Positions 39,236-53,800 of a stretch of DNA of 64,000 nucleotides are shown here, in pieces. This DNA comes from Eledone cirrhosa (lineage: Eukaryota), in NCBI GenBank assembly GCA_964016885.1, contig OZ024740.1:61008001-61072000 (forward strand). The letters are read 5' to 3'. Position 1 is the first letter of the stretch. Each line of letters begins with the position of its first letter. The position numbers and the translations under genes were made by a program. The notes beneath the pieces were generated by a model. It was not told where the DNA came from. It saw only the letters and a program-made list of their open reading frames with translations, and did not search any database.

Positions 39236-41002
39236 CATACTTTTGCTGACAACCCTAGGCCCAGAGCCCATCACTCTCTTCCCTTCCTCTCCCCTTTCTT
39301 CTGTGGCCCATGAGTCCTTGCTTTTTCCCTCTTTTCCTCTCATTTATCACATTTATAGCCTTTCTTTCTACTTTCCCATACAACCAGATCTGCCTTTCTT
39401 TTTCCCTTCCCCTTTTTCTCATTACTTAATTTTGTTTTTATTTTTATTTTTCATATTTCTTTTTCTCTTTCTTTTTCAATGGTTTTTAAGCCAACTTTGT
39501 GAGTGAAATACATTTATTTTAATTGTAAAAAAAAAAAAAAAGATTTTACTCCTAAAAGTCAGAATTTGCTTTTGTCCCATCGTTCACTCAAGTACAACTG
39601 AAATGTTTGATTAGTAAACTTCAGCATACTAAGTACTTCAAATCCTTTTGACTCTATAACTAGATATTAAATAATCTTAAGTTACAGGATTTTAAACAAT
39701 GACTCCAAATTTCAGAGCCTAAGTACACCAAACCAAGATATCCTTTACACTTTATTTTCCCTTAAATTTGATGATTTTGTGGAAAAAATGTTAGTATATT
39801 TTTACTAAAGTTAAGTTATCCTTGATATTTACTAACTGGCTTACCCATGCTAGCGTGGAAGATAACGTTAAACGATGATGATGATGAAAGTTTGATTTTT
39901 TTTGATTTTTTTTTTACTTATAAGACATTAGTTTTGTAAATTAAATCCAACTAGTACATTTTGAAAATTTCCCAAATTTATATCATCTGTCATTGTTAGC
40001 ATTGTTGTGGATGCCCTTCCTATTACCAACTACTTTACTGAGCATAAAGAGTAAAAATGTCTTTCGGTCATGAATGGCCATCGTTTTGCACCTAGAAAGT
40101 TTTCCCTCTAAGGCAAGGCACAAGCCTGGGCAATGTTGTTTGTGGAAGACCAGCAGTCGCCCATGCATACCAATCTCCCTTCTCCACGCCATTGATGTTG
40201 TCCAAGGGAAGGGCAAAGGCTGATACAGCTTGGCACCAATGACATCACAACTCATTTCTACAGCTGAGTGAACTGGAGCAATGTGAAATAAAGTGACTTG
40301 CTCAAGGACACAACACATCACCCAGTCTGGAAATCAAACTCACAACCTCACAATTGTAAATCCAACTCTCTAACCACTAAATGACACCTTCAAAATGAGT
40401 TGCCAGCAAGTGTGTATATTGTGTAGATCACCAGCACAAGGGAGATTAACTGAAGAATAGTTCTCCTGATTTTATTTGGGGCAGGTTTTCCATAGTTGGA
40501 TGCCCTTCCTATCACCAACTACTTTACAGAGTGTATATATTATGTAGATCAATAATACTAGGGAGGTTGTCATGTCTTGAGCACAACTGAAGAATCCTCT
40601 CATAAATTAAAACCTTGGGCACAACTGAAGAATCCTCTCATAAATTAAAACCTTCCAACATAATTTTGTTATGTTACAAATGTCATCTCAATGGAATTAT
40701 TATTTCAGTGAATACTTTAGTAAATTCTTCAGGAATTAATTTAAATACAAAGTATTTTAATTAATTCCTGAACAAAATGGATAAAAAATGTCTATTACAT
40801 TGCTACAAGAGTTAATGAAAAAGTCACTATTCATTCATATATAAGAACTCTAAAATGCTTCCTCATAATACTACTGTGAAGACTTTCTTAAGTTAGTCAT
40901 TTATTGCATTTTGTTATTCATTTAATCATATCTTTATAACTTTTTTTTACTTAGTTAAAATCTACAAAAATACATTAGCTTATTGTAAGCTGCTACAAAA
41001 TT

Positions 41003-41575
41003 TTAACCCTTTAGCATTTATATTACTCTATATTTACTATTGTATTTTTGTGGTAAATGCCTACCTACATAATTATTTCACATAATATTGAATCTACAAG
41101 CTTTTGATGTTATTTATTTTGAGAACAATACCTTAATGTCAGTATGAGTGGCCATTTACGGCTGGTCTGAAGAGAAAGAGGTGAGAGAATTCTGAACCGG
41201 TTTAAATGCTTAAAGGTTTAGTTATAAAATAGTTAATAAGTTGGGCATATAAACCCCTAGAGATGGAGAAAAAAAGTGATTAGTCACCTGCAGGATATGA
41301 ACTCATACATGCCATGTGCCAGATGGCTGCTTTACCAGTATATGCACAACTTGGTCAACCATTTAGTAGTTAACGCTTTAGCATTTAAACCGGCCAGAAT
41401 TCTCTCACCTCTTTTTGTTCAAATTGGCTGTAACTGGCCGCTCATACTGATGTTAAGCTATTGTTCTCAAAATAAATAATATCAAAATCTCATAGATTCA
41501 ATATTATGTGAGATAAAGTATTTACCATGAAAGTATAATAATAAATATAGAGTAATGTAAATGCTAAAGGGTTAA
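41003..41575. mobile_element. Two piggyBac-like MITEs in opposite orientation
   Basis: 41003-41220 and 41370-41575 are the same family as 8154-8377; their internal sequences are reverse-complementary. Confidence 0.75.
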
Positions 41576-41931
41576 ACCTGCATTGAAGCAACTTAGAATA
41601 AGCTAATATACTTTCAAATTAAAATTTGCTCAGTACTTAATAAAATGATTGTTTCTTTGTTTAGCAAATAATACCATAATTTCTACAATCTTCTTTGGTG
41701 TTGTATTGTTTATTTTACAGTTTTCCTGTGTTGAATTGTGTTTAATTTCTGAAAACAACAGTTTCTAATGTAATAAATTATTCTTTCTAATTTCAGGATT
41801 TGGTTTCAGAAGGAAAAAATTTACCAACAGAAAACTGTTGGTAAATTTAAATCAAGAATCTGATAAAAAAAAAAAAAAAAATCAGTAAATAAGAAACTGT
41901 TTAAATTCTCAGGAAGAATTAAAAAAAAAAT

Positions 41932-42642
41932 ATGCAGAGAAATTTTGGAATAAAAGCATTTTATTGTGAAATATGTGAAAAAGATTTTTTACACAGCAGT
42001 GACTTGAAATTTCATATGAGGATACACAGTGGAGAGAAGGCTTTCAGTTGTGATATCTGTGGAAAAGTATTTTCTCAAACCTCTAATTTAAGGAAACATA
42101 TTAAAACCCACAGTGGTGAGAAACCTTACTGTTGTGATATATGTAGGAAGGAATTCTCCAGAAACTCTCTTTTAAGTCGTCATATAAGAACTCATACTGG
42201 AGAAAAACCATACCATTGTGATATATGTGGTAAAGATTTTGTTGATAATTCAACCTTAAAGAGGCACATAAGGATTCATACTGGTGAGAAACCATTCTGT
42301 TGTCTAATATGTGGCAAAGAATTTGCTCGAAATTCTCATCTAAAAGAACATATTAAAACACATACTGGTGAAAAACCTTATCATTGTGAAATATGTAGTA
42401 AAGATTTTTCTCAAAGCTCTTATTTAAAAGAACATATAAGAACTCATACAGGTGAAAAACCTTACCATTGTGAGATATGTGGTAAGGAATTTTCAAGAAA
42501 TTCTCATTTAAAAGAACACCGAAAGACACATTCTAGAGAAAAGAGCTTTCTCTGTCAAATATGTGATAAAGGTTTCTCCCAAAATTCTCAATTAAAAGAA
42601 CATATAAAGTCACACACTGAAGATTTTCTAGAAAGTTGCTAG
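41932..42642 (+). CDS. C2H2 zinc-finger protein, 8 tandem fingers, 236 aa
   Basis: Eight CX2CX12HX3H units with (T/S)GEKP linkers in an intact ORF. Splice acceptor ttctttctaatttcag at 41781-41796 precedes a 135-nt untranslated leader. Confidence 0.93.
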   Translation: MQRNFGIKAFYCEICEKDFLHSSDLKFHMRIHSGEKAFSCDICGKVFSQTSNLRKHIKTHSGEKPYCCDICRKEFSRNSLLSRHIRTHTGEKPYHCDICGKDFVDNSTLKRHIRIHTGEKPFCCLICGKEFARNSHLKEHIKTHTGEKPYHCEICSKDFSQSSYLKEHIRTHTGEKPYHCEICGKEFSRNSHLKEHRKTHSREKSFLCQICDKGFSQNSQLKEHIKSHTEDFLESC

Positions 42643-45600
42643 GTTGTTTTTTTATTGTATCATTAAAAGATTATATAGTTTATATAAATATAATGTACTC
42701 TCAGTTATATTTTTTTTTAATATTATTAAAAAATTATGTAGTTTATGTAAATATAATGTACTCTCTCAGTTATTTTTCCATTTTTACCTTTTTTATAATG
42801 AAAATACATTGAAACTAGCATCAGTTGATGAGAATTTTTTTTATTTAAGTAGGCCACTTGACTAGCAGAATTGTTAGAGTAACTGCCAAGATTTTCTTTT
42901 ATTCTGAATTCAATTTCTACTGAGGTTGAGTTTGTTTTTCACCCGTCTTAGCTAAAATAGTAACTTAACAAGGTTCTTACATAAAATAATTGTTTCTACG
43001 TTTGGCACAAGGCCAGCAATTACCCAGTGCATTACTGGTACTTTATTTTATCGACCCCATAAGGATGAAAGGCAAAGTTAACCTCGGCAGGATTTGAACT
43101 CAGAATGGCAAGGGCCGTAACTCTATGCGTCAAAGCATGGCGTCCGACCCTCTACCGATACTGCCAATGTTGGAGATTTTGATTCAAATAAGACCCCTTT
43201 AAAATAGGTGGTTTTGTTTCATAGACCCAGAACTAGTTTTGGTAATGTTGATATCAGATTGGGCTGAGTAAGAAATTCTTAACATTGTGATGTATGCAGT
43301 GGTTCTAAGATAATGTGTCAATGAATTGCATCTACCTTACAGTTTCAACCCCCTGTTAGAACTACTTCAATAATTAATTTAATAAAAGTATCAACATGAA
43401 CATTTTTCATTTCTCTCTATCTATAATTCATAATGTTCTATTAGGAATTCATTATATTTAAAATTATCAAAATGAACTCCTTTGTTACCAAACTACCCCT
43501 GGTCATACAATACAAACTGTGTTTTAGAGTTAATTAGAAGTGGCACTAACATAGTGTGGTTCATAATGGTGGTGTATATGAAAGCATATGCAATATGTTT
43601 GTCAAATAAACATACAAGAGTCTAGCTATGAATTGTTTAAACTGTGATCATGTCACAGCTATTTTAGTAGCAGTGACTGTAAGACATTGTTTATATTTAT
43701 CTAATAAACCATCCATCATAACTTTATGTAAGAACGTTTGTTAAGCTATGCTCCAAACCCCAGCTTAATAATTAATGAAAAAGTTAGTTGTAATACTTAA
43801 TCCCTCCAAATTCTTGTTTATTTTCAAAAATATTTGAAAATTATAGGCAGTGACATTCATTAGAAACATTGTAATAAAACTGTTAATATTAGTAGTATGA
43901 ATGTAGTGTCACACTTGGGTTCCAATTCAGCTCTTCATCCTTTCAATATTGATAAAATAAATACCAGTATGGTCTATTCAGTTAACTATAACTATATATT
44001 TTTGTGATGTTAATACGAAAAGGTATTGGTAGCAGTAATAAAATTCTGGTAGTTTCTTCCTTTGCATATCCCACCTATGGAATTCTCTTCCGATGTCTTG
44101 CATTCCTGACCAATACAATTTCCAAAAATTGAAAGGCAATGTCAGTCGTCATCCCTCTCCTTGAATTATGTTCTGTCTGTCTTGTCATTTCCCCTTCTCA
44201 GTAACCTCTTGCATTTTAGTGGCTTTATTGCCTTTGAGGTGAGTAAATTTTTTTTAAATGTAGCAATTTTTTTCTTTTTAGTTTAGAATTTTGTATTTTT
44301 TATGCTATCATAAGAGGGGTAATTCTGCAAATTTAGATGTTTTGAACAAGTATTTATATGAGTTGTTTATTCTATATTTGTTTCAAAGACATAAGTATTG
44401 AGAGGTGAAATAGTTACAACCAAGGATAATTAGGAGAGCAGAATTCTGTGTCAGGATGTGCTTCTTGACACCACCCATCACTTGTCTTTTTAAATATGGT
44501 ACAGATCTTTGTTTGTCTAACCATTAAGCAGTGGGATCTCTGCTTAGGCAGAACATATAAAATATCACTGCCTGTAATGTCAAACGTGAAGAGAAGAGAT
44601 AAGATAAACAAACACACCCCCATATATGACAGGCTTCCCTACAGTTTCCATCTACAAAATTCTATTCACGAAGCACTGGTTAATTCGAAGACACTTGTTC
44701 AAGGTGCTATTTGATTGCAAAGCAAACTTCTTTACCACATAGACATGTATATATAACTGTGTGTGCATGTGTGTATAAATATATATATGTATATGAAAAT
44801 GTTAATTTTAACATTGAGTATACTTCTTACTCAACCTTTAGCATACTGAATTTTTTTATGAATTGCTTCCCTTGACACTACATTATGTATTAAGGGGGAG
44901 ATTACTCTATTGGCGTCGTAGGTTGCCTAGAGTGCCCAGAAGGTTAAATAAGCTAAAAACAACCAATAAATAATTTATTTTCTGTTTATTAATCATTTGT
45001 TATAGGATTAATACAATGTTGAATAAGCATCTCATAGATCTTCAGCTTATATCCATTGCTTGTAGTATATACATAATCATCATCATCATTATCATTTAAC
45101 ATTGCTTGCAAGGGTTGGGTGGATCTACATAGACCAAGTCAGTACTGAACTCCCAGGGAGGGGGGTCTGCACCTCACTTATGTATAGGAAAACATTCTAT
45201 CCAGTGCACATGGGAGGTTGTCATGTCTTTGACGCAAGTGAAGGGTTCTCCCAACCCTTTGTTTGGCAGGCTTTCTATGGTTGGATGCCCTTCCTATCAC
45301 ACACATATATAATATGCATACATATGTATATTGCATAAAATGTTTCAGAATAAATACATCTGAATTATATTTTACTTTTTTTTTTTTTAAATGAATCAGC
45401 CATGACACTATTAAAGACAAAACTAGTGACACTTGTGATATGCCAGTACATCTGTGAATATTAATGTGTGTTCTGTTTATGTATCTATATATATGGATTA
45501 GCATTTACGGGTAAAAAGAAAAATATGTTCATTTATTCATTATTGTGTAATAGTCGCTCAAGTAGCATGAAAGGTTTTTATAATTTGATTGTCTTCGACA

Positions 45601-48600
45601 GACAAAGTATGTGGTTGATTTCTCTGAAATCAAAATCTTAGGTGTGTTTGTCAGTAGTCAGTTCGTGTCTTATTATTTTGTATGCTGGGCAAGCACATTT
45701 CACCATTACATCAAAGAGCTCCTGTCCAATCAGTTCTAGGTCTTTATATTCTAAGTTCAAATCCTGCTACGGTCAACTTCTTTCATTTTTTTTTAGGCCA
45801 ATAAAATAAAGTACCAGTCATGTATAAATGTTAATGGAATTGAGTTTCTCCCTACCCACAAACTGTTGGCTTTGTGTCTAAATTAGAAATCATTCTTTCA
45901 TACTGTTCAACAAACAATAATTATATGATAATCAAGTGTAGTTACTTGCAGCTGGTTGAAATGATAGCCAAATAGTCAAGGATTACTTCCATCAAGACAC
46001 TTAACTCTTGCGAGAGCAGTAAAAATAAACATTTTGTTTTACAGTGCTTGACTTAGATTTATGGGATCAAATCAGGATATCATTACCCCTGGATTTATGA
46101 TACAAAACTGCGGTGAATTGGCAGAATGGTTAGAACATTGGATAGAATGCTTTGTGGTATTCTTTCCAGTTCTCTACTCTCTGAGTTCAAATCTCATCGA
46201 GGTCAACTTTGCCTTTCATCTTTTCGAGATTGATAAAAAAAAAGTACCAGTTGATTCTGGGGTTGATTCTTCCTCTATATCCCTTTCTCATTCCCTCTCT
46301 CTCACTTTCTATATTTCTCTGAATGAAATCTGCTGTATTCAGGGCTGAAGCGGGATGGATGGGCTCTGTCAGTCTTAAAATACCCAATAAACACTGTAGG
46401 TCTATCAGGAGTTACAGGAAAGAAGAAAGAAAGAATATTTATCTAAAAACTTTCCACCATAATGTGATGTAAACCACTTGGTTAAGTTATGCTCCAAACA
46501 TCAGCTTGATAATGAGAATAGTTATATTATTAAATCTCTCCAAATCTGTGATTATTTTTGAAGTTATTTAAAAATCATAGGTAATGTCTTTCATTAGAAA
46601 TATGGTAATGAAATGGTTAACATATTCTACTAACTAGTAAATTCTGTGCTCAGCAAGATATTGTTATTGTTATTTTATGTATTAGTAATGAAATTGGTTT
46701 ATCACAGATTTCTTCTGATTTGGTGAGTAAATTATATTAAATAAAATTGTTTTGAGTAATTCTGCTTCTATAAAAGCTGATGATTAACCCTTTCATGACT
46801 GTATTTCCAATGAAATGCACTTTTAATTAGTTAATGCAGAATATAGAGGGATTTACTAAAATTATTAATTATTTCACTATTAGGATAATAACTTAATGTA
46901 AGGTTCTTATATAAAATTATGTTGGAAGATTTACCTTTAAAATGGATGGTTTTGTTTCATTGAATCAAAGCCAGGTTGGTAACTGAAGGGTTGAGATACA
47001 TACCATGTTGACAAGAATATAGGAGTTAAGAGCCAAAACACTTGTTTGGTAGAGGTGGGGTTTTTCCCTGAAGACTTTCTGCTGTCCAGTTCTGAGAGTT
47101 TCTTACCACTACATTGAATTAATTAAAGATTGACCCATCTCATTATTTTTATTTCATCAATAATCATTATTTAGTTTGCTTTGAATGGTCTTGCTACATC
47201 ATATCTATGTTAATAAGAAAAATGTGAAGATTGTGTATATGTTTATATATATATATTGTGTATTTGTTATGTTGTTTGAGAGTACAAATTGGGTTTGATT
47301 CTGTAAACCTAGGACATGGCAGTCTATCAATGTTTTATGTGTTCCTATCCTATTACTATCTTACTTTATATTTGGTGGAGAGTATCCCAAAATTTTGAAT
47401 TCAAAACATGGTCCCTATTTCAAAGATGGTACACAACTTTTGGAGTAATTTTGGCTGTTCTATTAAAAATGTTGATTGACTACTCTGAAGTTTCTATTTG
47501 GAACTGTATTTTAACATTGCATTGGAGTTTTTGATTAGTGACAGGTTTTACGAATACTGTCAAGAAAATGAGCTTCTGGTAAATTGTACCTTACTTTTCA
47601 TTTGTATTTTTATCTATTTTATGTCAATTTTAATATTCACCTCATAAAAATTGTACAATTCATGTCTACCTCGAGGACACAGGAATTAACTCCTGTGTAC
47701 CACCCACCTCAAAGATACTGTAACAGTGTCATAGGTTTAGAAGGAAAATATGGTAGAGCAGGCTTTTGTAGAAGATGGTCTGTAGCCTAGTGGTTTAGGG
47801 TGTTGGACTTATGCATATAATGTCAAGAGTTCGATTCCTGAACCAGGTTGCGCATTGTGTTCATGAGCAAAACACTTCATTTCATATTGTTCCAGTACAC
47901 TAAGCTGGAAATGAAAATGAGTACCAGCACTAGCTGGGGGTTAACCCTATGATGGTATCCTGTCCAGGAGGGAATCTTGTACCCTCAATCACTTAATCTC
48001 AATGACAACTGGGATAAGCACTAGCTTGATGAGCTTCTGGGCTTAGGATAGACTTTAACATTTTAAAACTTTAAACTTTGTAGTGTTTATAGAAAATGTA
48101 ATTTCAATTGGTAAAAATGGTGAACTGTTTTGTAGCATTTTATTTTGAAAATAAAACATTGATCATCAACAATCTCTCAGTGAAATCTAGTTGCTAAATT
48201 TCAAATACATTTGAATCATCTCACCACTAACAATGTTTATTCTGTATTCATGGTAAATCTGAATATTTCAGATGAATAATGGCAGGTGTGGTGAAAATAA
48301 AGAATAAACGAGCATTTATATTTCTGTCTTTCAGTTGATAGACACAGAAATATTCAGTTTAAATATGGGCAGAGATAAAAACAAAAAAATAAAATACTTT
48401 ACATTAACATAAAATATGAAAACTACTTTATATAGAAATATTTATATGGAAAAAATTTATCAAAATTGTCTAAGGATTCATAAAAAAAAAAATTGTACAC
48501 TCTCTCCAAGGAGTGAGATTTCTTTTCTGTGTAAAAAATAAAACAAAACAATTTTGTTTTAATTTCCTACTTGTATTTATAATAAATGTGATTTATGGTA

Positions 48601-48815
48601 TTTTTACTAGTCAGCAAAATCATTGCTTTCATCTTGTAGCTCATATCTAGAATTTTTTTCAAAATATGTATATATTATATAAAAGCTGTTTTGTATTTAA
48701 TTTTTTTTATGGTTGAACTACTATTATTTTCATTTTTTTATAAATAAAATTGATAAAATTTATTTTATTTTTTATTATTTATATATGTATATATAGGATA
48801 TATACATATATATAT

Positions 48816-48960
48816 ATAGGAGAAAGTATGACCCCGACGGCAGAATACTGCTGTCGGGGTCATACTTTCTCCTATTACCCACTCTACTACCCTAAGTATT
48901 GAGTACTCTGGTGCGTTATGGTCCATCTGGTTCCTTACCACAACTCCTTCGTTATATATA
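48816..48960. repeat. Short hairpin-capped repeat embedded in (TA)n; second copy at 56132-56240
   Basis: Shared body CCTATTACCCACTCTACTACCCTAAGTATTGAGTACTCTGGTGCGTTATGG; terminal fold-back of 28 bp in one copy and 12 bp in the other. Confidence 0.75.
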
Positions 48961-49312
48961 TATATCATCATCATCATCATCATCATTTCATTTTACGTCC
49001 GCTTTTTCCCTGCTTGCAAGGGTGGGACGGGAACTGATTCTGGCTTGATTTCTACAGTTGGATGCCCTTCCTAACACCAACCTCATTTACAGTGAGTGCT
49101 GGGTGCTTTTTTGCCGTGGCACCTACACGTCCACTTTACAGGGGAATGATATGGACCCCAGTCCCTATCATCTCATTTCTACAGCTGAGTAAACTTGAGC
49201 AATGTGAAATAAAGTGTCTTGCTCAAGGAAACAACACATCGCCTGGTCTGAGAATTGAACTCACAATCTTTCGATTGCAAGGTCAATGCTCTAACCACTA
49301 AGCCATGTGCCT

Positions 49313-49397
<85 letters not shown>

Positions 49398-49398
<1 letters not shown>

Positions 49399-50610
49399 AT
49401 GTGGAAGTATGGCCTAGAATCAAAAGGCCTTAAAGTTAACTTGTCTAAGACTAAAGTCCTAATATGTACGAAGGAGAATAGGGCACTGGTTGCATCTGGG
49501 AAATGGCCATGCTCAGTGTGTAGGAAAGGAGTAGGCAGAAACTCCATTTTATGTCCCAAATGCAAAGTATGGGTGCATAAAAGATGTGGTAGGATCACAG
49601 GTAAGCTAACTAAGAATATAGATTTTATATGTGGCTGGTGCTCTGGTGCAATAAGTAGCAGCAAATGCCCACAGAATACTAGCTCATTCCATTGCCCAGA
49701 TGGTTCTGTAGAAATAGTGGACACCTTCCGTTACCTGGGTGACAAAATCAGCAGTGGTGGAGGGTGCTCTGAAAGTACTGTAGCTAGAGTCCAAACGGGA
49801 TAGAAAAAGTTCAGAGAGCTTATACCACTATTAGCCGCTAAAGGTTTCACTCTAAAAATAAAAGGCAGGCTGTATGATGCCTGCATACGAACAGTGATGT
49901 TACATGGCAGTGAGACATGGGCCTTGTGTGCAGAGGATCTACACAGACTGGAGAGGAACGAAGCTTGCATGCTCCGTTGGATGTGTAATAGTAATATACG
50001 CGAACGGCAAAGCATAAATGAACTAAGTGAGAAATTAGGAATAAGAGGGATCAGATGCTGTTTACTCGAGAGAAGACTACGTTGGTATGGTCACGTGATG
50101 CGCATGAAAGATGACAGCTGTATAAAAAAGTGCAGGGCGATCAAAATAGATGGTAGCTACAGAGTAGGCAGACCCAGAAAAACCTGGGACGACTTGATAA
50201 AATCCGACCTCACACACACCTCTCCAAGACAATGTCACTGGACCGAGATCTTTGGCGCTACGTAGTAATACAGAAGACCCGCCTTGCCTAAGTACAAAGT
50301 GAAACCTACAGTCAGTAGGCACCTCTTAACCAAAATACACCCCGTCCCACTACCCCTACCGCCATCTACACCACCCCTTTCGATGTAAAGCTATGTTGGT
50401 ACCCCAACATCCAGTCCTAAATAAATGAGGTTGTGTAGGTGTCACAACAAAAAAACACACAGTCCATGCTGTAAACGTGGTTGGTGTTAGGAAGGGCATC
50501 CAGCCGTAGAAAACCCGCAAGACAACCAATCTTGCCTCAAGTGGGACAATTTCCGTCCAGACCCATGCTAGCGTGGAAGATGGACGTTAAATGATGATGA
50601 TGATGATATA
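49398..50610 (+). mobile_element. RTE-clade LINE 3' part with Cys/His (PHD-like) insert and 3'UTR
   Basis: GLKVNLSKTK, CSVC...CPKCKVWVHKRC...CGWC, FRYLG, one stop at 49801-49803, RRLRWYGHV; tail ends GGACGTTAAATGATGATGA. Confidence 0.9.
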
Positions 50611-50784
50611 TATATATATATATAACATGGTTTTAGGAAAGGCATCCAGTTGTAGAAACCAAGCCAGAAACAGTTCTGTATGAGCAGGACACAGTAACCC
50701 GATCGGATTTGTCTCACAATGGGACATTTCGTCTAACCCAAGCTAGCAGAAAATAGACGTTAAACAATGATGATGATGATTATT

Positions 50785-50818
<34 letters not shown>

Positions 50819-53800
50819 TACTGTACCATGTGAATTAAAGTTGAAAATGGCTTTTGTTACAATTGAACAGATAAATTGTTTTAACGAGACAAAAAGCCAA
50901 CTCAGGTGCAGTATGGGTAACTTTGGTTGTTTGAAATTACCCTATCATATCTTTTGAAAAATTAAAAACATAGACAATTCTGGAAAGATTAAAATAAAAA
51001 AAAAATAGAGAGACAAATCTAATTCCTGTTCTCAAGTTAGTCCTATGTGTTACTGTCTCTGCCAACTCATCTCCTTTACTTAAACTGATAACTATAATTT
51101 CACAAGTTGTATTTGCCTTAACACTCAACATTGCTATTCTTTCAAGAGATTACCCAGTTGTTTTCTACTTGACATATACACCTGATAGTAGTAAAGATGT
51201 GGTTGGAATCAAATGACTGTCTAGATAATATTACTACATCTTTAGGTTGCCAATCATCTTCAGTAACTCCCAAAGAATCAAGGCACTTGTATTGTGAGTT
51301 GACATTGCTTCAAAAGTGGCATTGCATCTTGTGTATGCATGTGTGTATATATGTAATGATCAACAGTAATAAGACGAACCAATTGATGAAAGGTTGTCAT
51401 ACATCCTTCTCTCCCATTCGTCCACTCAGCTTCAATGATGGGCAGAACCCCAGGTATATGCTGTTTCATGGTCTAGCCAGACAGAATAAAGTGTTATCTT
51501 GGAATACAGTGAGGGAGATGCTCTGAAAGAGCCATTCTAGCTTGTGGGGCTTACTTTTCCAAGTAGACAACTCTGTCCTGATAGCTATAAGTAGGCAAGT
51601 GGTTTGGGGATCCAAGCTCTAGAAGTCTCTACCACTATAGATTCCACAATAAAACTATCAGAAATCAGCCAATACTTGAGCTTGCAATTTTCTGCTTGTC
51701 TTGTCTTTGAAGTCACTGCTACTACCACCAATCTTCATTTATTAAAAAACAGATTTGATAATATATGAGGACCATGATCTAGTTGTCACTCTATACCCAA
51801 TCTGCCTGATAAGTAAGTTCCAAGAACAGTTAAAATTATAATATATCTAGAGTATGAAACCGAGTTGATAGATGTCATTTGAAAGGTATCTTTTGTATAT
51901 TTTTTGTATCTCTTACTTATTCTTGGAAGTTGATTATATTCTATACAAAGATTCACTGTCCTACACATATACAACCACTGGTTCACAGAAATCTTGTTTC
52001 TTTTATTTCTATTACTAGTTCAACAATATCTGTTCCCCTGAGCTGAACATTTCAACACCCTCCACTCATGCCCACCCATCTTTTCTCTCTTACAAGATGT
52101 CACGCACAACACTTACTCCAATCATTCCTTTACAGCACTGTAACCAATCCTCTGGAATTCCTCTTCTGCATTCATTGTTTTGTTTTGTTTTTAATTCTGA
52201 GGGAAAGGGAATGTTGATGACCTTTTACAGAGTGTTTTGGGATTGATGGGAGCAAAGGAGGAATTATCCTCAGTCTGAAGAGGTCTGGCATGAATGTTTA
52301 AAACATTCGGCTCTGCTAAAGGCATCTAAGTGCCTGGTGCTTGTGTTAACTGAATCATGAATCAAATCTACCACCACATTTGACAAGTTTTCATGTAGTT
52401 TCTGTGAACACAATGTCACTTACAAGGGCATGTGGTTAGAATGTCTCAGGAAAGAGTTGCTGGATAGATTTTATGGGTAAAACCAACCGGCAGGAGACCC
52501 AGGAGTAGACCCCAAGCAAGATGGTTGGATAATATCCATGAGCTTGGCTGGTCTCGCTTGGGGATCCAGCTAGATCAATTGGAGATGGTTGCTTCTGACA
52601 GGACTTGCTGGAAGCTGTGTTTGAGGACTCTTCCCATACAACCATCCCAGGAATAAGTGGGCAAAGAAGAAGGATTATAGACAGTTATTACACAACCTAG
52701 TTAGAACAACTCACATTCCTATGCAGATAGTACCTTGAACACAAGCAGCCAGAATTATCAGCTGTAACATTGTAGCCACCAATAATATGAACATCTAATC
52801 TATCAGCTGCCAAGTGACATAGTTTATAAGCAAATCACCTAGTAACCTTATTCCATGTGACCCATGGCTCATTTGTTTATGGGAGAGGGGGGAGTACATC
52901 AGTGTGTTTACATGAATTTTGTTGATCTAAATCATTGAAAATTTCACTTATACAAGAATTTATCAGTAGAGGTGGCAAATTGGCAGAGTCGTTAGCATAT
53001 CAGATAGAATGATTTGCAGTATTCTTTCTGATTCTCTGCTCTCTGAGTTCAAAACCCACCGAAGTCAACTTTGCTTTTCATCCTTGCAAGTTCAATTCTT
53101 CCTCTATATCTCTTTCTCACTTCTCTATCACTCTCTCTCCTCTAGAAGAAAAAAGCTATGTTCAGACCAGGGGAGAGGTTTAAAATCTATTATAGTGACA
53201 CTGTATGTCACTATTACAGATCCATACGTACAAATCATTGCTAATGGCCCAGACAAACTATCAGATAATCAGTCAAAATATCAAATTCTGATAAGGAGAG
53301 TGAAAAGAATAATTACATTTGCCATTTTCATACCAAATTTCCAGTTCATTTTAAAGTATTTATGTTTATCTACAAACCTTCCAGTATAATTCTTTATTAA
53401 ACCATCTAATTTATGTTCCAAACACCAGCTTAATAATTAGAAAGTTAGTTATATTACTAAATCCATCCAAATTCTTGATTATTTAAAAATTACAAGCAAT
53501 GCCTTTCATTAGAATTATGAGAATGAAAGGGTTAACAGGAATTTTGAAAACGAAAATTATTCTGAACCAAGTGATGACCATCATCATCATTTTACATCTG
53601 CTTTTCCCTGCTTGCAAGGGTGGGATGGGAATGTGCAAAGCAGTGCAATCAGTACTGTTGAGCAGAATGATGATATAAAGGGCACTCCAATAAATAAACC
53701 AGGAAGAACCCAGTGTAGAGGCCCCAGAATGTTCAGCAGGAGCTTGTTGGTTAAAGGGTTAACAATCTGCAAACAGCTGTCATCTACATGTAACCTAAAC

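Noticed and set aside
35205-42780. Short local direct duplications (~35207-35297, ~40579-40654, ~42660-42775)
   Set aside because: Ordinary two-copy slippage duplications with no further structure.
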